64,000 bases of DNA, from positions 76,892 to 140,891 of the forward strand of contig CAWBVQ010000003.1 in NCBI GenBank assembly GCA_963792275.1. The letters run 5' to 3'. This document shows positions 55,801 through 64,000 of the stretch, piece by piece. This stretch comes from an uncultured delta proteobacterium (GTDB taxonomy: Bacteria; Myxococcota; Myxococcia; Myxococcales; 40CM-4-68-19). Within the stretch, counting starts at the first letter, position 1, and each line of letters begins with the position of its first letter. Below the pieces are notes generated by a model. That model saw nothing but the letters and a program-made list of their open reading frames with translations, made no database searches and was not told where the DNA came from. Position numbers and translations under genes: made by a program.

Positions 55801-56952
55801 GAAGAAGGCCTTGAGGTACTCGGTCTCGGGCACCCCCACGAGCGGCGGGTGATCCCGCGCGGCTCCGCGGCGTTCGAGCAGCTGCAGCGGCCGCTTCGCC
55901 TCCTGCGCGGCCCACGCCACCACCTCGCCGAAGAGCTCCGGGGTCACGCGGCCCGAGCAGGAGCAGGTCACGAGCAGGCCGCCCGGCGCCAGGAGCCGCA
56001 CCGCCCGGTAGTTGATCTCGCGATAGGCGCGGAGCGCGCCGTCGACCCCTTCCTTGCGCTTGGCGAACGCCGGCGGGTCGAGCACGATGGTGTCGAACTT
56101 CCGCCCTTCCTGATCGAGCGCGCGCAGGGCTTCCACCGCGTTCTGGGCACGCACCTCGAGATTGGAGAGGCCGTTCTTCTCCGCGTTCTTGCGCGTGCGC
56201 TGCACCGCCGCTGCGTCCTGGTCGATGGCGAGGACGTGCGCCGCCTTGCGCGCGAGCTGCAGCGCGAACCCGCCGTGGTAGCAGAACGCGTCCAGCGCAA
56301 GCCCGCGGGCCAGTTCCCCGGCGCGAAGGTGGTTCTCCCGCTGGTCGAGGTAGCCGCCGGTCTTGTGATCGGCCAGCAGATCCACCTCCAGCGCCACCTC
56401 GCCTTCGTGGTACTCCGCGCGGAAATCGGCGCCGAAGAGCGGTTCCGCCCGCCGCGGGAGCTGCTCGAAGTCGCGCGCGCTCCCGTCGTCGCGGGCCACC
56501 ACCGCGCGGGCGGAGGTGACCTCCACCAGCAGCCGCGCCAGCTGCTCGCGCCGCGCCTCCGCCCACTCCGAAAGGTGCTGCACGGCCGCGATTCCGCCGT
56601 ACAGATCGGCGAAGTAGCCGGGCAGCAGATCGGCCTCGCCGTGGACCACCCGGAACGCGTCGGCCTTCGGGAACAGCGCCCTGCGCCGCTCGAAGGCGCG
56701 GCGGATCCGCGTCGAGAGCAGCTCCTCGTCGAGCGCCGAGTCGGTGCGCGAGAGCACGCGCAGCGCGATGGGGCTCTTCGCCGCCCAGAACCCGCGGGCG
56801 ATGAAGTTGGTCCGGGCGTCGGCGATGCGGACCTCGGCGCCGGAGATCAGCCCGGGCGGGGCCTGCGTCACGTCCCCGCGGAAGATCCAGGGATGCCCCG
56901 CCCGCGCCCGCGCCGCGCCCTTCTGCGAGACGGTGACGGTAGGCGCATGCAT
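55786..56952 (-). CDS. rlmI: 23S rRNA (cytosine1962-C5)-methyltransferase (PUA + class I SAM MTase)
   Basis: KGAARARAGHPWIFRGDV...KTGGYLDQRENH...ALDAFCYHGGFAL...IVLDPPAFAK...AYREINYRAVRLLAPGGLLVTCSCS. The 3' end overlaps the convergent HD-GYP gene by 15 nt. Confidence 0.85.
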   Translation of the reverse strand: MHAPTVTVSQKGAARARAGHPWIFRGDVTQAPPGLISGAEVRIADARTNFIARGFWAAKSPIALRVLSRTDSALDEELLSTRIRRAFERRRALFPKADAFRVVHGEADLLPGYFADLYGGIAAVQHLSEWAEARREQLARLLVEVTSARAVVARDDGSARDFEQLPRRAEPLFGADFRAEYHEGEVALEVDLLADHKTGGYLDQRENHLRAGELARGLALDAFCYHGGFALQLARKAAHVLAIDQDAAAVQRTRKNAEKNGLSNLEVRAQNAVEALRALDQEGRKFDTIVLDPPAFAKRKEGVDGALRAYREINYRAVRLLAPGGLLVTCSCSGRVTPELFGEVVAWAAQEAKRPLQLLERRGAARDHPPLVGVPETEYLKAFFLLAP

Positions 56953-57009
56953 GGAAGGGTGCGCAGTGTCGCATGGGCGCCGCCCCCGCGCATGGGTTAA
57001 TCTGGCGCC

Positions 57010-58014
57010 ATGACGCCAGACGAGGGCGCCCCGGCAACAGTCACTCCCATCGGCGCTCCGCTCACCGCGCAGGAGGCGCGCCGCGTCGCCGCCGCGCTGG
57101 AGGCGAACATCGGCCGCGCCCTCAAGGGCAAGCGCGACATCGTCGAGCTTTCGCTCGCGGCGCTGGCCGCCGGCGGGCACCTCTTGCTCGAGGACGTGCC
57201 CGGCGTGGGCAAGACCACGCTCGCCCAGGCGCTCGCGCGCTCCCTCGACCTTTCCTTCGCGCGGGTGCAGTTCACCAGCGACCTGCTGCCGGGCGACATC
57301 ACCGGCGTCTCCATCTACGATCAGGCGCGCAACGCCTTCGTCTTCAAGCCCGGGCCGCTCTTCGCGAACCTGGTCCTCGCCGACGAGATCAACCGCACCA
57401 CGCCCCGCACGCAGAGCTGCCTCCTGGAGGCGATGGCGGAAGGGCAGGTCTCGGTCGACGGCAGCGCGCGGCCCCTGCCCGGCCCATTCATGGTGCTCGC
57501 CACGCAGAACCCGCACGAGCACGCCGGCACCTATCCGCTGCCGGAGTCGCAGCTCGACCGGTTCCTGCTCAGGCTCTCCGTCGGCTATCCGGCGCCGGAG
57601 GTCGAGCGCGAGCTGCTCCTCGGCGGCGGAACGCAGGCGGCGCTCGCGCACCTGCATCCGGTGGCCTCCGCGCTGGACGTCCGGCGACTGCAGGCGGCGG
57701 TGGGACAGGTCACGGTCGCGCCGGAGATCGCCGACTACGTGCTCGCCATCGTGGCCGCCACCCGCAGCACCAAGCTGGTCTCGCTGGGGGCGTCTCCCCG
57801 CGGCGCCATCGCGCTGCTCGGCGTGGCCCGCGCCCGGGCGCTCTTGCGCGGGCGCACCTGGGTGGAGCCCGAAGACGTGAAGGAGCTGTGCGTGCCCGTG
57901 CTCGCCCACCGCATCACGCTGCAAGGGCGCGGGTCCGGAGCCGGAGAGCTGGAGCGGCTGGCGGCGGAGCGGGTGGTGCGCGACCTGGTGGAGCAGGTCC
58001 CGGTTCCGGAATGA
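57010..58014 (+). CDS. MoxR-family AAA+ ATPase
   Basis: Walker A: LLLEDVPGVGKTTLAQALA. RVQFTSDLLPGDITG. Walker B: VLADEINRTTPRTQSCLLEAMAE. MVLATQNPHEHAGTYPLPESQLDRF, ASPRGAIAL. Confidence 0.9.
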   Translation: MTPDEGAPATVTPIGAPLTAQEARRVAAALEANIGRALKGKRDIVELSLAALAAGGHLLLEDVPGVGKTTLAQALARSLDLSFARVQFTSDLLPGDITGVSIYDQARNAFVFKPGPLFANLVLADEINRTTPRTQSCLLEAMAEGQVSVDGSARPLPGPFMVLATQNPHEHAGTYPLPESQLDRFLLRLSVGYPAPEVERELLLGGGTQAALAHLHPVASALDVRRLQAAVGQVTVAPEIADYVLAIVAATRSTKLVSLGASPRGAIALLGVARARALLRGRTWVEPEDVKELCVPVLAHRITLQGRGSGAGELERLAAERVVRDLVEQVPVPE

Positions 58015-58976
58015 CTCCGGCCTGGAAGCGCAGGCTCACCTTCACGCGGCTGGGGCGCTGGTACATGGCGCTGACCGTCGGCATCGGGCTTGCGGCCGTG
58101 AACACCGGCAACAACCTGCTCTTCCTCGTCCTCGGCCTCTTGCTCGCGTCCATCATCGTCTCCGGCATCCTCTCCGAGCAGAGCCTGCGCGGCGTGCGCC
58201 TGGAGCGGCGGCTTCCCTCCGTGGCTACTGCTGGCCAGCCGGCGCTGATCGGCCTTCTCGCCCACAACGACAAGACGAGGGTGCCCTCGTTCTCGCTCAC
58301 GCTGCGCGAGCGGGGCGGGCAGGTTTCCGGACAAGGCTTTCTCGTGCTCTTGCCCGCGGGGCAGGCGGCGGAGGTGGCCTATCCGTTCGTTCCGGCGCGC
58401 CGGGGAGCGCACCGCTTCGAGCAGCTGGAGGTGGCCACCCGGGCGCCCTTCGGGCTGTTCGAGAAGTCGCGGCCGCTCGACGCGCAGGAGGAGCTGGTGG
58501 TGTTCCCGCGAGAGGTCCCGGCGCCGCCGCAACGGGCGCAGGCGCTCGCGCGCGAGGGTGAGCGGCCGGAGGACCGCGCCGGCCTCGGCCTGGAAGTGCA
58601 CTCGCTCCGCGACCACCGCGCCGGAGAGGACGCGCGCACCATCCACTGGCGCTCGAGCGCGCGGGCGGGAAGGCTGATCGGCGTGGACCGCGAGCAGGAG
58701 CGCCGCAAGCGCGTCTGCGTGGTCCTCGACCAGCGCGCGCTCCATGGAGAGCCGCTCGAGCACGCGGTGGAGAACGCCGCGGCGCTGGTCACCCGCGAGC
58801 TCGACGGGGGAGCCGAGGTCTCGCTCGCCGTGGCGGGAGGGCGTCTCGGCGCGGGCAGCGGTCCTGCCCACCTGCGCGAGGCGCTGACGATGCTGGCGCT
58901 GCTGCAGCCGTCGGAGGCGCCGCTGGCCCCGCCGGAGCCGGACTTCGATGCCGCGCTGGTCGAGGCGCGGCCGTGA
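58011..58976 (+). CDS. DUF58-family protein (MoxR-associated, two N-terminal TM helices)
   Basis: The ATG overlaps the moxR stop (ATGA). MALTVGIGLAAVNTGNNLLFLVLGLLLASIIVSGILS; later FGLFEK...VFP...LRDHRAGEDARTIHWRSSAR. This is the typical DUF58 layout. Confidence 0.8.
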   Translation: MTPAWKRRLTFTRLGRWYMALTVGIGLAAVNTGNNLLFLVLGLLLASIIVSGILSEQSLRGVRLERRLPSVATAGQPALIGLLAHNDKTRVPSFSLTLRERGGQVSGQGFLVLLPAGQAAEVAYPFVPARRGAHRFEQLEVATRAPFGLFEKSRPLDAQEELVVFPREVPAPPQRAQALAREGERPEDRAGLGLEVHSLRDHRAGEDARTIHWRSSARAGRLIGVDREQERRKRVCVVLDQRALHGEPLEHAVENAAALVTRELDGGAEVSLAVAGGRLGAGSGPAHLREALTMLALLQPSEAPLAPPEPDFDAALVEARP

Positions 58977-61076
58977 AGCTGTTTGCCGGCCGCGGCCTCA
59001 CGCTCCTGATGGCGCAGCAGTGGGCCGGCACGCTCGCCGCCATCTTCGCCTTCCTGGCCTGCGCGGTGTCCGGCGAGATGGGCCAGGCGCTGGTGGCCCT
59101 CTTTCCTTTGGCGCTGCTCGGGGCCCAGCTCGCCCGGGGACGGCTCTACCGGCGCGCCGAATGGCTCTGGACCGCCATCCTCGCCGGCGGCCTGGTGCTG
59201 CTCGGCTCGGAGGTGATGAGCGGCGAAATCGACATCGTCCTCGCCGCCGCGCGCTTCGCGGAGCTGCTGCTCGTCCACCGGCTCTGGCATCGCCGGACCG
59301 AGCGCGACGAGCTGCTCCTGCTCCTGCTCTCGCTGCTTCTGGTCTGCGCAGGAGCGGCGCTGGCCGCCGAGCTCACGTTTGGCATCGCCTTCATCGGCTA
59401 CGCCGTCACCGGTACCTGGGCGCTCGCGCTCACGCACCTGCGCTTCCAGATCGAGGCGGGACACGGGCCGCCAGGCGCCGGAGCGCTGCTCGAGTCTCGC
59501 CGCATCGCCACTCCCGCGCTCCTCGGCGGCCTCGCCGGGCTGGCGGTCCTGGCGCTGGCCGGGTCGGCGGTGGTGTTCTTCGCCTTGCCTCGCGTGACCC
59601 TGGGCGGCCTGCGCCGCGCCACCAAGCCGTCTCCTGTGGCGGGGCTCGGAGACCAGGTCGATCTGGCGCGGCACGGGACGGTGGAGGACGACCCCCGGGT
59701 GGTGCTCCGGGTGCAGCTCAACCCTCCGCCCCGCGGCGACCCTTCGGACCTGGCCATGCACTGGCGCGCCCGCGCGCTGCCGCGATGGACCGGGCGCGGG
59801 TGGCGCTCCGCGGACGTCGGCGTCATTCCCGGCACGCGGCTGCCCTCGCGGCCGCGCTCCCGGGGGAAGTCGTCGATCCTGGTCGCCGACATCGAGGCGG
59901 TGGCGGGATTCAGCGACGGCGTCGTCTTGACGCCGGAGGGGTGGCCGCTCGCGGTGGAGTTCCGCCGGCCCGTCTCCGCGCGGGGGAGCCCACAGCGGCT
60001 CTACCGCAACGCGGAGGGCGATCTCTTCTACCAGCCGGTGGACGCCGACGACCTGCATTACGTGGTCACCGTCGATGCGGCGGTGCCCGGCATCGCCGGG
60101 CTGCGCGGCCACGGGCAGGCAGTATCCGCGCTGGGTGATGCCCGACCTCGACGTTCCCGCCGGTTTCAATCCGCGCATCCGCGCCCTGGCCGAGCGGTTG
60201 GGCGGGGGAAAGGACCCGGCCGACGCGGCCGCCGCCATCGAGCACTGGCTCTCCAGCTCGATGCGCTACACGCGCGAGCTCCCCGGAAGCGTGCGCGACC
60301 CCATCAGCGATTTCCTCTTCCGCAGGCATGCGGGGCACTGCGAGCTGTTCTCCAGCACCATGGTGTTGATGCTCCGCGCGCTGGGCATTCCCGCGCGCAA
60401 CGTGACCGGCTATTTCGGCGGCAAGCGCACCGACGCGGGCTATTACGCGGTGCGCGCGGGCGACGCGCACAGCTGGGTGGAGGCGTACTTTCCCGAGGTG
60501 GGCTTCGTCGCCTTCGACCCCACGCCGCCCGGCGACCGCGGCAGCGTGCAGGAAGGCGCATGGGCGCGGATGCTGCTGCTCTGGGACGCCGCGCAGCAGC
60601 GCTGGCGCGCGTTCGTCGTCGACTACGACCTGTTCACACAGGCCCGCGCCATGCAGAAGACCCTGGACGCGATCGGCAGCGCCGGCCAGCGGCTCGCGGG
60701 CAAGGCCGGCCCGGCGCGGACCCTGCGCGGCGTTCTCCTCGGCCTGGGCGCGGCGCTTCTGGCGTTCGCGCTGGTCGTCCGTTCGCGGCGGCGGCGCTTC
60801 GGATCGTCGCGCGGCGCGGGTGCGCGGCCGCCGGCATTGAGCTCCGCGCAACGGCGGGCACTGCGCGCCTGGCGGCGCGGGCGTGCGGCGCTGCGGCGCG
60901 CGGGAGTCGAGGTCGGCCCGGGGACCACGCCCCAGGAAGCGGCGCGTAGCGCCGGAGTGCCCGCGGCGGTGGAGCTTGCCGCCGCCTGCAACGCGGCCCG
61001 CTGGGGCGGCGCGCAGCTCTCGTCCGCCCAGGCCCGCGGGCTGCTGCGCGAACTCTCGCGCGCGCTGCGCTCCTGA
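58973..61076 (+). pseudogene. Transglutaminase-like membrane protein (DUF3488 + TGase core, TgpA-like); frame break near 60115
   Basis: The GTG overlaps the DUF58 stop. The N-terminus has multiple TM helices. After the shift it reads YPRWVMPDLDVPAGFNPRIRALAE...FLFRRHAGHCELFSSTMVLMLRALGIPARNVTGY...AHSWVEAYFPEVGFVAFDPTP (Cys-His-Asp transglutaminase core). A C-terminal TM helix and a DUF4129-like tail follow. Confidence 0.8.
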
Positions 61077-61116
61077 GGGATTTGCTTTTCCGCTTCCCGC
61101 CCGGCAGATCTCCGCC

Positions 61117-62068
61117 ATGCCCGAGCTGCCCGAAGTGGAGATCGCCTCGCGCCAGCTCCGCGCCTGGCTGGACGGCCACCGCATCGTCGCGGCGCGCGCG
61201 GCCCGATCGCGCGTCATCCGCGGGCAGGCGCCGCAGCGCTTTGCCTCGCTGGCCGGGCGGCGGCTCGTGCGCATCCAGAGGCTGGGCAAGTGGATGCTGC
61301 TCGAGTTCGACCGCGGCGAAGGGCTGATCTCGCACCTGGGGATGACGGGCAAGTGGATTCGCCGCGCGCAGGAGGAGCCCGCCCCGCCGCACGTGCGCGC
61401 CTCCATCGCCCTCGACGACGGGCACGTGCTCGACTACCGCGACCCGCGCCTCTTCGGCCGGCTGATCCGCGGGAGGGCTGCGGAGCTGCGAGAGCTGCCC
61501 GCGCTGCGCGCGCTGGGTCCCGATCCGCTGGAGGGCATCGACCTGGACCGGCTGCACGCCGTCTTGCAAGGAACCCGGCGGTCGATGAAGGAGGCGCTGA
61601 TGGATCAGCGCACGCTCGCGGGGCTGGGGAACATCCACGTCTCGGAGTCGCTCTTTCGCGCGCGCATCGACCCGCAGCGGCCCGGCGTCTCCATGACCCG
61701 CGAAGAGGTGGAGCGGCTCGCGGACTGCATCGTCGATTCGCTGCGCTCCACGCTGCTCGGAGGAGGACGGCCCCGAGCCCATCACCTACGTGGAGGAGGG
61801 CGGCGAGAACGTCTTTCTCGTCTACGATCGCGAAGGGCAGCCCTGTCCGAACTGCCGCACCCCCATCCGCCGCATCGTGCAAGGCGGCCGCAGCACCTTC
61901 TACTGTCCGTCGTGCCAGCCGCCCTGGCGCAAGCGTTCGGTGCGGCGGACGGGTCCCGCGCGGAGCATTGCCCGCGCCGACCTGGCCCGCCAGCCGCCGC
62001 GCAAGGGTGCGCCCGTCCGCAGGCTCCACGCCGTGGGCAGCGGCCGCTCGCCTGCGCGCCCGCGCTAG
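61117..62068 (+). pseudogene. mutM: Formamidopyrimidine-DNA glycosylase with an Arg-rich C-terminal extension; frame break near 61758
   Basis: MPELPEVE..., GKWMLLEF...ISHLGMTGKW, DPRLFG, LMDQRTLAGLGNIHVSESLFRARI. After the shift it reads [46 protein letters not shown] (zinc finger). About 47 further residues follow ([16 protein letters not shown]...RPR*). No earlier stop exists in any forward frame. Confidence 0.85.
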
Positions 62069-62089
62069 GGCTGGCCGCGAGCGCGCTTT

Positions 62090-62975
62090 GTGTTTGCCCT
62101 CCTTCCGGGCCGTCCCCAACTTGACGGGGTGCTGACCGCGACGGAGCGCGCCGTTTCCGGGGAAGAGGAAGAGGAAGAGCGCGACGCCCACCGGCGGGCG
62201 CTGCGGGTCCTGCAGGACCGGGGCTTCGAGCCCATGGTCGGCGGGGCGTACGCGCTCAAGACCCATACCGGCATCTGGCGGGACACCAAGGATCTCGATC
62301 TCTTCCTGCGCAAGGACCGCATGCTGCGGAGCGCTGGCCGCGCTGAAGGATGCCGGCTTCCGCACCGAGTACACCGACCCGCTCTGGATCGCCAAGGCGT
62401 TCCACGGACCGTACTTCATCGACCTCATCTTCTCGTCCGGGAACGGCATCGCCACCGTCGACGAGCACTGGCGCAAGCGCGCTCTCACCTGCGAGGTGCT
62501 GGGCGTGCCGGCGCTGGTGGTGCCGGCGGAGGAGATGATCTGGTCGAAGGCCTTCATCCAGGAGCGCGAGCGCTTCGACGGCGCGGACATCCACCACCTG
62601 CTCCGCTGCAAGGGCGCCCGGCTCGACTGGGAGCACCTGCTCATGCGCTTCGGCGAGAACCACTGGGAGGTGCTGCTCGTGCACCTGATCACCTTCCGGT
62701 ACTCCTTTCCCAGCGACAAGGAGCAGGTGCCGGCCTGGGTCATGCGCGAGCTGATCGGACGGATGCAGGGCCGCGAGGCGGAGCCGGCGCAATCCGAGCG
62801 GGTCTGCCGCGGAACGCTGCTCTCGCGGCAGCAGTACCTGCACGAGACCAACCGGGAAGGCTATCGCGACGCCCGCGAGCTGGAGACGCCGGACTGGACC
62901 GGCGACGACGCCTACCCGGTCAAGTACCCGGACGGGTCCGGAGGCGAGGACGATGCGCATCGCCGCGGTCGGTGA
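62090..62975 (+). pseudogene. Pol-beta-superfamily nucleotidyltransferase-fold protein, function unknown; frame break near 62328
   Basis: RALRVLQDRGFEPMVGGAYALKTHTGIWRDTKDLDLFL fits the minimal NTase motif hG[GS]-x9-13-DhDh. After the shift it reads ALAALKDAGFRTEYTDPLWIAKAFHGPYFIDLIFSSGNG...ERERFDGADIHHLL...*. Start at GTG 62090 or GTG 62129. Confidence 0.5.
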
Positions 62976-63660
62976 CCTGCACTGCCGCGCGGACACGCGC
63001 CGCAACATCGCGGTCGCGCTGCGCGGCGTGGATCAGGAGGCGGAGCTCTTGCTGCTCGGCCGGCGATCTGACCGACCACGGCACCACCGAGGAGGCCAAC
63101 TGGCTCGCCGAGGAGCTGGCGCAGATCAAGGTGGAGAAGTGCGCGGTGCTCGGGAACCACGACTACGAGTCCGGGCAGGAGGCCGCGGTCCGCAAGATCC
63201 TCTGCGACTCCGGCGTGCACGTCCTCGACGGCGAGCCGTGGTCGCTCAACGACCTGGGCGTCGCCGGCGTGAAGGGGTTTGCCGGAGGGTTCGACCAGTC
63301 GCAGCTGCAGCGCTTCGGCGAGGAGCCGATCAAGGCGTTCGTCGACGTCTGCATCGCCGAGGAGCTGAAGCTGGAAAAGGCGCTCTTCCAGCTCCGCACC
63401 CGCCATCGCATCGCGCTGTTGCACTATTCGCCCTGCCGGCAGACGCTGGAAGGCGAGCCGCTGGAGATCTTCCCCTTCCTCGGCGCCACCCGGCTCTCGG
63501 GGCCGCTCGACCAGCTCCGGCCCGCCGTCGCCTTCCACGGCCATGCGCACCGCGGCACGCTGCGCGGCGCCACCCGCGGCGGCGTGCCCGTCTGCAACGT
63601 GGCGCTGCCCGTCTGCGCCGGCTGGAGAAGCCGCTCGGCTACCTGACCGTCGACGTCTGA
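62953..63660 (+). pseudogene. Calcineurin-like metallophosphoesterase; frame breaks near 63058 and 63615 (net in-frame)
   Basis: MRIAAVGDLHCR / LLLLAGDLTDHG...AVLGNHDYE...LLHYSP...AFHGHAHRG / LRRLEKPLGYLTVDV*. ATG 62953 lies 23 nt inside the preceding NTase gene. Confidence 0.75.
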
Positions 63661-63663
63661 CCG

Positions 63664-64000
63664 TCAGGGCGGCTGCGGCTCCGCCGCGATGGTCCTGTAC
63701 AGGTAGGTGAGCCGCAGCTCGCCGGATCGGGCCCGCGCCAGCGCGTCCGGCCCGATGCGGATCATCTTCGCCGACGACGGCTGGAGCTGGGACGCCGCCC
63801 ACTTCAGCGTCTGGCTGGCCCAGATGGAGAACATGGGCCGCTTTCGCGCCTTGTCGGCCGCGCGCCAGTAGGTGACGTGCGCGTAGAGCCGCGCCGGCTC
63901 CAGCTCGCCGGGCGGGGGTCCTTGCGGAGCAGCACCATGCAGTCCGTCCGCTCCTCGTCGATCTGCGCCCATCCCGCGAAGGGTCCTTCCGGCTGCAGGT
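63664..64000 (-). pseudogene. Hypothetical protein, 3' part only (continues beyond the window); probable frame break near 63925
   Basis: ...PGELEPARLYAHVTYWRAADKARKRPMFSIWASQTLKWAASQLQPSSAKMIRIGPDALARARSGELRLTYLYRTIAAEPQPP* reads as real protein. Upstream, the sensible sequence (LQPEGPFAGWAQIDEERTDCMVLLRKDP) is in another frame. No family recognised. Confidence 0.35.

Noticed and set aside
1-64000. Programmed ribosomal frameshifting or transcriptional slippage as an explanation for the frame breaks
   Set aside because: There are far too many events. They go in both +1 and -1 directions, occur in unrelated housekeeping genes, and I recognised no common slippery heptamer or downstream structure. 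Indel error or decay is the simpler explanation.
1-64000. A genomic island, prophage, integrative element or defence island
   Set aside because: No integrase, transposase, phage structural, restriction-modification, toxin-antitoxin or cas genes were found. No tRNA attachment site and no large compositional shift are present. Gene content is core metabolism and envelope functions.

Overview
This is a very GC-rich bacterial chromosomal segment; third codon positions are almost always G or C. The gene content suggests Myxococcota. That is an inference from SpmA/SpmB, a TIGR04551-like outer-membrane barrel, PilZ and HD-GYP signalling proteins and many lipoproteins.

I can support about 60 tightly packed protein genes, many chained by 4-nt start/stop overlaps. 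I found no rRNA, tRNA, CRISPR array, transposase, integrase or phage genes.

Most of the content is housekeeping:
- fumC, pdxH, rsmE-prmA, a double M16 peptidase and an RluA-type pseudouridine synthase.
- A long lysine/DAP operon: lptM-like, lysA, dapA, dapB, an FAH-family gene, a dapC-like gene, dapD, dapE and folK.
- kpsF-aldolase-hydrolase and TetR-etfBA.
- CAX and EamA transporters, S9 and M28 peptidases, and a lipase-FadL pair.
- rlmI, MoxR-DUF58-TgpA-like and mutM.

The dominant feature is about 44 reading-frame breaks spread over about 25 otherwise well-conserved genes. They are strongly clustered, with at least 12 in fumC alone. I think uneven indel error in the assembly is more likely than real pseudogenisation, but this must be checked. 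I label these genes 'pseudogene' because that is what the sequence shows.

The most interesting biology I can support:
- A 68-aa alpha3-truncated histone-fold protein (10765-10971).
- A stand-alone, degenerate sigma70 region-4 protein. It is translationally coupled to a VanX-like dipeptidase and sits behind an AT-rich, repeat-rich leader that carries a near-perfect 67-bp tandem duplication.
- An HD / GAF-HD-GYP / REC-HD-GYP neighbourhood, including one HD-GYP domain split by a ~110-aa insertion.
- A NUDIX-MBL fusion protein.
- An overlapping nucleotidyltransferase-phosphoesterase gene pair.

I did not find a convincing self-contained novel multi-gene system such as a defence island or biosynthetic cluster. 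The window looks like core genome.
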